From contig JAPWTZ010000023.1 in assembly GCA_028275775.1 (NCBI GenBank), positions 1-5,221 of the forward strand: a stretch of 5,221 bases of DNA, read 5' to 3'. The first letter of the stretch is position 1. The number at the start of each line of letters is the position of its first letter. This document shows positions 1 to 4,346 of this stretch, one piece after another. The notes beneath the pieces were generated by a model that saw only the letters and a list, made by a program, of their open reading frames with translations, was not told the DNA's origin and searched no databases. This DNA is from Candidatus Nanopusillus sp. Lineage in GTDB: Archaea > Nanobdellota > Nanobdellia > Nanobdellales > Nanobdellaceae. Both the position numbers and the translations under genes were made by a program.

Positions 1-54
1 ATAACGTTAGTTATCCGACACAAAAGTTATACCATATATTTGTAAAATAGATTT

Positions 55-60
55 AAAAAA
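55..60 (-). terminator. Oligo-T tract (T6 on the minus strand) starting 3 nt after the stop of the 63-947 gene; candidate archaeal-type termination signal
   Basis: Minus strand reads TAA(65-63) TG TTTTTT AAAT. No convincing hairpin precedes it. T tracts are common in this A+T-rich DNA, so support is positional only. Confidence 0.25.
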
Positions 61-62
61 CA

Positions 63-947
63 TTAGCAACAAATCGGAAAACTGAAAAAAATAGGCGACA
101 TAAATAGACCACTAATAGACCATACTACACTAACTATAATGGACATAAGAATAGCTTTTCTCCAACTTATATTAAGTATATATTTATAGAAAATTGAAAC
201 TACTATGAAAATTATACCTACTCCTATAAAAAATGCTATATTATTTTCTGCTAATATAAATAATAAGAAAGAATTATATCCTATACTTAATATTCCAGAA
301 ATAGAAGAAATTATGATTATTATAAAAGATACTATTCCTGGAAATAAATTAACTATTGAAGTCGCTAAAAAGGATATATTCATATTAAGACGTTTAGCAA
401 CCAAATAGATAAATATTGTAGACAAAAGCAATCCTAACATAAACCACATTATTATTCCAATAATCTCTATGTCTATTGTTCCTACTGGTGTATTTACTGT
501 GGATATTCCTGAAGATACTACATATACTATTGATATTAAGATACTCTCTATTATGATAGCTACAATAGATATAACAAAAGTTATTCCCAAACTTACATTA
601 AACGCAGTTTTATAGATATATAAAACTGCTATAAAACCAATAATTATTCCAATTATCCAAAAAAGTACACTAGCAAAAAATAATATGTAATTTAATATAT
701 AATTGTTATATAATACTATTATTGAAAATAAGATAAAGAGAAAGTATAATGTTGCCATTATTATTGGAAATACAATTTCTGAAAGTATTGTAGCACCCAA
801 AGCCTTCTCAAATGATATATTTTTATTAAAATGCTTAGCAACAAAATAAATGGGTATCGAACCTATAATCCATCCTAGTACAAAAATCATCACTACCTCT
901 GAGATTCCCAGCCCAAGAATTATCGATAATATTTCTAGATCATTCAT
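63..947 (-). CDS. Polytopic integral membrane protein (294 aa, about 8 hydrophobic helices) made of an internal tandem duplication; family not recognised
   Basis: Long ORF with ATG at 947-945 and TAA at 65-63. Almost entirely hydrophobic helices with short polar loops. Residues about 1-150 and 151-294 align: YFVAKHFNKNISF (34-46) vs YLVAKRLNMNISF (181-193), and YKTAFNVS (112-119) vs YKYILNIS (254-261). The duplication is also visible in the DNA: plus-strand TTAGCAACAAAATAAAT (835-851) vs TTAGCAACCAAATAGAT (394-410), 15 of 17 identical. Confidence 0.85.
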   Translation of the reverse strand: MNDLEILSIILGLGISEVVMIFVLGWIIGSIPIYFVAKHFNKNISFEKALGATILSEIVFPIIMATLYFLFILFSIIVLYNNYILNYILFFASVLFWIIGIIIGFIAVLYIYKTAFNVSLGITFVISIVAIIIESILISIVYVVSSGISTVNTPVGTIDIEIIGIIMWFMLGLLLSTIFIYLVAKRLNMNISFLATSIVNLFPGIVSFIIIIISSISGILSIGYNSFLLFILAENNIAFFIGVGIIFIVVSIFYKYILNISWRKAILMSIIVSVVWSISGLFMSPIFFSFPICC

Positions 948-948
948 T

Positions 949-1098
949 CTATAAAAATAATTTCTGAATTTTATATTTTTTGGCTAAAGAATATCTAACT
1001 TTTATAAGTTTATTATATTCTCTATTATGAAGATCTACACAACAGTTATCAAAAACTTTTTCAAAAAATATTTTATATAGGATCAGAAGATCATCCAA
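949..1098 (-). CDS. Candidate small ORF (49 codons, TTG start) whose TAG stop lies 1 nt before the ATG of the 63-947 gene; speculative
   Basis: Minus-strand frame is open for 57 codons (952-1122) between TGA (1125-1123) and TAG (951-949). It has no in-frame ATG; the first plausible start is TTG at 1098-1096. Translation: MDDLLILYKIFFEKVFDNCCVDLHNREYNKLIKVRYSLAKKYKIQKLFL. The junction reads TAG A ATG. An open run this long is expected about once by chance in about 1 kb of such DNA over six frames (rough estimate). Confidence 0.2.
   Translation of the reverse strand: MDDLLILYKIFFEKVFDNCCVDLHNREYNKLIKVRYSLAKKYKIQKLFL
969..976 (-). promoter_or_regulatory. TATA-like box (ATATAAAA on the minus strand) at -29 to -22 relative to the ATG of the 63-947 gene; would imply a leaderless or near-leaderless mRNA
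   Basis: Minus-strand upstream sequence: AGCCAAAAAATATAAAATTCAGAAATTATTTTTATAGA-ATG. No Shine-Dalgarno-like purine run before the ATG. Archaeal TATA boxes are centred about 26-27 nt upstream of the transcription start. Confidence 0.3.
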
Positions 1099-1300
1099 TA
1101 AGAAGAAATAAAGGGATATAGTTCAGTTTCCTTTATATTTCTATTTTATCAGAAATTACTTAAATTATAAACATTCAATATCTTCCTAGAGGATAGCTCA
1201 TTATTATTCTACCAATACTATTAAATGAAATAACAACATGATTGCAATATTTTAGATAAAAAATAAGAAATACTTATAGTAATAAAAGACTTACATAATT

Positions 1301-1307
1301 AAAAAAA
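1301..1307 (-). terminator. Oligo-T tract (T7 on the minus strand) 38 nt downstream of the stop of the 1345-2166 gene; a second T6 tract lies at 1258-1263
   Basis: Plus strand shows A7 at 1301-1307 and A6 at 1258-1263, so the minus strand reads GTATTTTTTTAATT and TTATTTTTTATC. No stable hairpin precedes either tract. Consistent with archaeal oligo-T termination, but not specific. Confidence 0.3.
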
Positions 1308-1344
1308 TACAAAATAATTATCCAATATATAAGTTTTTAATAAA

Positions 1345-2166
1345 TTATATATTTTTTGTCATATTGGGTGGCTTCTCTAATAAACAATTTACTATCCAAT
1401 TTAACATAGCATATTTCGCATTAAGTGTTTTAGCTATGGCTATATAATCGTTAAGTATCATATTGAATGTTTTAGTTATTTCTACATAATAATCTTCAGA
1501 GATATACTTAATTTTTTCTATTGTATCTTTAATATTTAATTTAGGAGATTCTTTGTTTTTATTTAATATATTTTCATAAGCATATATAATATCATTTGCA
1601 AAACAATATCCTAGAGAATAAGGCGATGGATCTTTTTCTTGTATAAATTTTTCACATCTTTTTGTATTTTCTTCCATAATTTCGTATACCTTAGGATATC
1701 TGTATAATTCATTTTTATAGAAATATCCTAAAAGTTCAACAAAAGAAGCTCTCCAGTTACCTTTACCAAATATATGATGTCCGATTTCATGGATTAATAT
1801 CGATTCTGCATCAGCTTTTGCTATAACTTTTTTTATATCATTATCATTTATAGGTACTGGCCATAATACTCCATTACGTGATATGGTAAATATATTAATA
1901 TTAGAAATTTCATTCAGATTACTTGAAACTCTATCTACAACATTTTTTATTGAGTTTTTTATAATATAAATTGTTCCTGAATCGTACCATCCGCCAGTAT
2001 TTTCATTTACTTTATCTTTTCCATATTTCTGTATTAACAATTCTGGTGATTCTAATATTATTAATTTTAGTCCTTCAACTTTTATACCGTTCTTATTGAA
2101 ATATTCTATAGCTTCTTCAAAACTATTTTTTATAATATCGTCTAGATTATATCTGTCTTCTGACAT
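1345..2166 (-). CDS. Soluble zinc metallopeptidase-like protein (273 aa) with a gluzincin-type HExxH...E signature
   Basis: ORF with ATG at 2166-2164 and TAA at 1347-1345. HEIGHH at residues 126-131 (nt 1774-1791; minus strand reads ATC CAT GAA ATC GGA CAT CAT). A Glu follows 18 residues after the first His, in WRASFVELLGYFY (E144, nt 1735-1737). This resembles the HExxH + W..EG.A.Y arrangement of peptidase-MA-like predicted proteases, recalled from memory. No signal peptide or transmembrane segment. Confidence 0.85.
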   Translation of the reverse strand: MSEDRYNLDDIIKNSFEEAIEYFNKNGIKVEGLKLIILESPELLIQKYGKDKVNENTGGWYDSGTIYIIKNSIKNVVDRVSSNLNEISNINIFTISRNGVLWPVPINDNDIKKVIAKADAESILIHEIGHHIFGKGNWRASFVELLGYFYKNELYRYPKVYEIMEENTKRCEKFIQEKDPSPYSLGYCFANDIIYAYENILNKNKESPKLNIKDTIEKIKYISEDYYVEITKTFNMILNDYIAIAKTLNAKYAMLNWIVNCLLEKPPNMTKNI

Positions 2167-2188
2167 TACTATATGATAGTAGCAAAAG

Positions 2189-2196
2189 TTTATAAA
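2189..2196 (-). promoter_or_regulatory. TATA-like box (TTTATAAA on the minus strand) at -30 to -23 relative to the ATG of the metallopeptidase-like gene
   Basis: Minus-strand upstream sequence: AAAAATTTATAAACTTTTGCTACTATCATATAGTA-ATG. No Shine-Dalgarno-like motif. The spacing would place the transcription start at or next to the ATG. Confidence 0.35.
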
Positions 2197-2407
2197 TTTT
2201 TATTATTTAAAATTCAGTACATTCAAAAATATATTTCATTATCTTTTAAGCTAATAATATATAATTCTTTTTAAAGCATCTGATATAGAGAGATTTTAAC
2301 TTCTTCTATAATATCTTTTATATTTAGATATGATGATTTTTATTTTTATCTATAATAATACTTGCATAGCATTATGGATTAAAGTAATATAATAGTTCAT
2401 CATTCAT

Positions 2408-2463
2408 ATTAGAATTAATACTTCTAATATATTTATAAATCATTAGAAGTCATACTTCTAATA
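2408..2463. repeat. Two tandem copies of a 21-22 bp palindromic (hairpin-forming) repeat, centre-to-centre 34 bp
   Basis: Copy 1 at 2408-2428 is ATTAGAATTAATACTTCTAAT. Copy 2 at 2442-2462 is ATTAGAAGTCATACTTCTAAT. They are 19 of 21 identical, and the next base is A in both. Copy 2 has perfect 9-bp arms, ATTAGAAGT and ACTTCTAAT, around CAT. Copy 1 has 7-bp arms, ATTAGAA and TTCTAAT, plus one further pair after a T:C mismatch. Confidence 0.8.
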
Positions 2464-2629
2464 ATGTTTAGGTTACTTCCATTTTTACATTTATAAGATA
2501 CAAGAATCAAAATTAAATCATTAATAATTTTATTTGCTCTATAATAATATGAGAAACTTTTTGAAAGATATTCTATTAATTCAAATAAATTTTTTCCATT
2601 ATTAAAGTAAAATTCTATACATAATTATC

Positions 2630-2643
2630 TTCTCTTAAGAGAA
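2630..2643. repeat. Perfect 14-bp palindrome TTCTCTTAAGAGAA
   Basis: Read directly: TTCTCTT|AAGAGAA is its own reverse complement. The flanking bases C2629 and A2644 do not extend it. Confidence 0.8.
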
Positions 2644-2658
2644 ATTTTCCATTCCATT

Positions 2659-2682
2659 AAGAGGAAACTCTTTTATTATTTT
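2659..2682 (+). other. Short hairpin AAGAG-GAAA-CTCTT followed by a T-rich run (TTTTATTATTTT); weak terminator-like or attenuator-like element of unknown function
   Basis: The 5-bp stem pairs 2659-2663 with 2668-2672 around a GAAA loop, then a T-rich tract runs to 2682. A competing 5-bp stem, TTTCC (2646-2650) with GGAAA (2663-2667), shares bases with it. The stems are very short, so this is a weak call. Confidence 0.2.
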
Positions 2683-2791
2683 CATAAATATAATCAATAA
2701 AAAATTTCAAAAGATACTAATATAAAGGTTAAAAATATTTAATCTGTAACAAATAATTTAGGTTTTTATATATGAATATTAATAGAAAGTT

Positions 2792-2799
2792 TTTAAATA
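2792..2799 (+). promoter_or_regulatory. TATA-like box (TTTAAATA) at -27 to -20 relative to the MscS-family gene ATG; alternative TTTTTATATAT at 2763-2773
   Basis: Upstream sequence: GTTTTTAAATATTGTATTGAAGTTATAAAA-ATG. No Shine-Dalgarno-like motif. The proximal box implies a leaderless mRNA; the distal box would give a roughly 20-25 nt leader. Confidence 0.3.
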
Positions 2800-2818
2800 T
2801 TGTATTGAAGTTATAAAA

Positions 2819-3451
2819 ATGGCAAGTGAAGATTCTATAGGCAAAGCTCTAACCAGAGTTATTATATACTCAGTAATATTTGTAGTAGCTATGGCAATTG
2901 TACAGTGGTTCTTTACAGGAGGATTACAAATGCTATATAATATGACAGGTATTGGAGCAATTTTAGGATTGAAGAATTATTCAATATATGCTATTATCCT
3001 TGTAATGATTATATTTGGATGGTTTGTGATAGTTTCAGTAGCATCAATGTTTTATGCAATATTTAAACCAAAGTATGGAGAATCTACAGCTTCTGCAATA
3101 AGAAGTTTAATAAAAATTTTGGGAATTGGTGGTCTATTTGCAGGTATTGCTGGTGCAGTTGGTGGTGGTGTTGCAGGAGTAGCATTGGGTGGTTTTATTG
3201 GTATGATAATAGGTTATGCAACACAGCAAGTATTGGGTCAGGCTATTGCTGGAGTATTCTTATTATTAAGTAAACCATTTGAAATTGGAGATGTCATAGA
3301 TGTAGCTGGAGAAACAGATATAAAAATAATAGATATAAATGCAATGTTTACAAAGGCATTGAGAACCGATGGAAATATAGTATTAATTCCAAATAATATG
3401 ATAATTTCACAAAAGATAGTAATAAAAAAGAAAGCTAAGGAACAACAATAA
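2819..3451 (+). CDS. mscS: MscS-family small-conductance mechanosensitive channel, short form (210 aa) ending right after the beta domain
   Basis: ATG at 2819, TAA at 3449-3451. Two N-terminal hydrophobic helices are followed by a Gly/Ala-rich helix and the diagnostic stretch GYATQQVLGQAIAGVFLLLSKPFEIGDVIDVAGETDIKIIDINAMFTKALRTDGNIVLIPNNMIISQKIV. This is colinear with E. coli MscS ...[69 protein letters not shown] (recalled from memory). Confidence 0.92.
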   Translation: MASEDSIGKALTRVIIYSVIFVVAMAIVQWFFTGGLQMLYNMTGIGAILGLKNYSIYAIILVMIIFGWFVIVSVASMFYAIFKPKYGESTASAIRSLIKILGIGGLFAGIAGAVGGGVAGVALGGFIGMIIGYATQQVLGQAIAGVFLLLSKPFEIGDVIDVAGETDIKIIDINAMFTKALRTDGNIVLIPNNMIISQKIVIKKKAKEQQ

Positions 3452-4298
3452 TCTCTGTATATTTATTATACATTTCATAAATTTTTTCTGGATTATTATT
3501 CAAATATTCTCCCAATCTATATCCTAAAATCCTTCCATAATTTTCTATTTCCTTAAATAATTCCGTATTTCCCTCAATTAAACTTATAGTGTTTCTTATA
3601 ATATCTTTAAGATCTTTATAATGTATAGATTCCAACATTATTTCTAGAGCATTTGAGTATTCTTCTCCACTTTTAAATATATAAACATTCTTAGATATTT
3701 CTTCCTCTTCTCTTTTATTTAATTTTTTATATCCTTCAAAGAAACCATTTAATAATCCATTAACAAAAGAAGCAAGAGCAAAATTAATTATTTCAAATGG
3801 ATCAACATTATATTCTTTTTCTATTATATTTAAAATTTCTTTTGCAAACTTTTTTCCAATCCTATAAGGTAATAGATCATAATTCAATTTTTGATGCATT
3901 AAGATATAGTCTAATTCGAATGCAAGAATGTATCCTAATTTTTCTACATTTTTCTTATCAATACAAACTAAAGACTCTTCACCAATTGATATACATATTT
4001 CTGACATATTTTTAGTTAAATTATGATCTGAATAATCTATAATTACTTCTTTATTAAATATAGAATTAAAATAATGAGGAAATTTTAAATTTTTTATAGA
4101 TCTATATTCTACTTTAAAGTGTTTTATAATCTCTTTATCATTTTCTACTTTTTTCTTTATATCTTCTATTTTTTCTAATAAATCCTTAGAGCTATAAATA
4201 CCCTCTTTAAAATATAAAAAGATCGTGGCTAACATAAGACTTATAATATTTGCTGTTTGTTGTTGTAAAATTTCGTCAAGATCTTGTTTCATTATCAT
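3435..4298 (-). CDS. Soluble protein of unrecognised family (about 287 aa); possible His-less (catalytically inactive) relative of the 1345-2166 metallopeptidase-like protein
   Basis: TAG stop at 3437-3435. The ORF-track start at 4310 is a TTG (plus strand caa at 4308-4310). In-frame ATGs lie at 4298-4296 and 4292-4290; I place the start at 4298. The protein is rich in charged residues and helix-like, with no clear transmembrane segment. Motifs colinear with the 1345-2166 protein are described in the findings. Confidence 0.8.
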   Translation of the reverse strand: MIMKQDLDEILQQQTANIISLMLATIFLYFKEGIYSSKDLLEKIEDIKKKVENDKEIIKHFKVEYRSIKNLKFPHYFNSIFNKEVIIDYSDHNLTKNMSEICISIGEESLVCIDKKNVEKLGYILAFELDYILMHQKLNYDLLPYRIGKKFAKEILNIIEKEYNVDPFEIINFALASFVNGLLNGFFEGYKKLNKREEEEISKNVYIFKSGEEYSNALEIMLESIHYKDLKDIIRNTISLIEGNTELFKEIENYGRILGYRLGEYLNNNPEKIYEMYNKYTEIIVVP

Positions 4299-4346
4299 AA
4301 ATTTATCCAAGCAAAAATTTTTATTTTTATTATTTAGTAGTAAGGT

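Noticed and set aside
1-45. A plus-strand frame open from the left edge to TAA at 43-45 (...ITLVIRHKSYTIYL*), slightly more G+C-rich than its surroundings; possibly the 3' end of a convergent gene
   Set aside because: Only 14 codons are visible, far too few to support a call. All three minus-strand frames are closed here, so a plus-strand gene end remains possible but unproven.
205-408. 67-aa plus-strand ORF from the six-frame track
   Set aside because: It lies entirely antisense within the well-supported 63-947 membrane-protein gene. Its low-complexity I/K/N-rich translation is typical of the opposite strand of an A+T-rich gene, and it has no recognisable motif.
1113-1200. tRNA-like fragments GGGATATAGTTCAGT (1113-1127) and GGATAGCTCA (1191-1200), which resemble an acceptor stem plus D-arm
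   Set aside because: There is no closing D-stem, no anticodon arm, no GTTCRANYC T-loop and no matching 3' acceptor strand on either strand within 100 nt. A 9-10 nt resemblance is expected by chance.
2330-2336. C-box-like ATGATGA, which prompted a search for an archaeal C/D box sRNA in the spacers. The region GGATGATCTTCTGATCC (minus strand of 1080-1096) was also examined.
   Set aside because: No CTGA D box lies within 50-75 nt downstream of the C-box-like word, and there is no C'/D' pair. In the second case the box-like words are only 3 nt apart.
2408-2463. Whether the tandem repeats are a miniature CRISPR array
   Set aside because: There are only two copies, the repeat is 21-22 bp and the intervening sequence is only about 12-13 bp. 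No cas genes or leader-like structure are present. The geometry does not fit CRISPR.
2310-2572. 9-bp inverted repeat AATATCTTT (2310-2318) and AAAGATATT (2564-2572), considered as possible terminal inverted repeats of a MITE within the spacer
   Set aside because: Several 9-mer inverted matches are expected by chance within 650 bp at this base composition. There are no flanking target-site duplications and the arms do not extend.
2646-2670. Archaeal origin-recognition-box idea, from TTCCA ... GGAAAC in TTTTCCATTCCATTAAGAGGAAACTC within a long A+T-rich spacer
   Set aside because: The spacing between half-sites (11 nt) does not match the compact TTCCA-N2-TGGAAAC dyad I recall for ORB or mini-ORB elements. 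There are no inverted additional copies flanking an unwinding element, and no orc1/cdc6 gene is adjacent.
2772-2816. 14-codon upstream ORF (MNINRKFLNIVLKL) ending 2 nt before the MscS-family ATG; possible leader peptide
   Set aside because: It is very short and compositionally unremarkable. It is one of many such mini-ORFs in this A+T-rich spacer, and it is incompatible with the more proximal TATA-like box. There is no associated attenuator structure.
948-2818. Alternative genetic code (for example TGA = Trp) as an explanation for the two long ORF-free gaps
   Set aside because: All the genes use TGG for several Trp residues. The open frames in the gaps are bounded mainly by TAA or TAG. Reading through the one bounding TGA (1125-1123) adds only 5 codons before a TAG.
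3797-4015. 72-aa plus-strand ORF from the six-frame track
   Set aside because: It is fully nested antisense in the 3435-4298 gene. Its composition (L/F/Y/I/Q) looks like an antisense artefact, with no motif or plausible promoter context.
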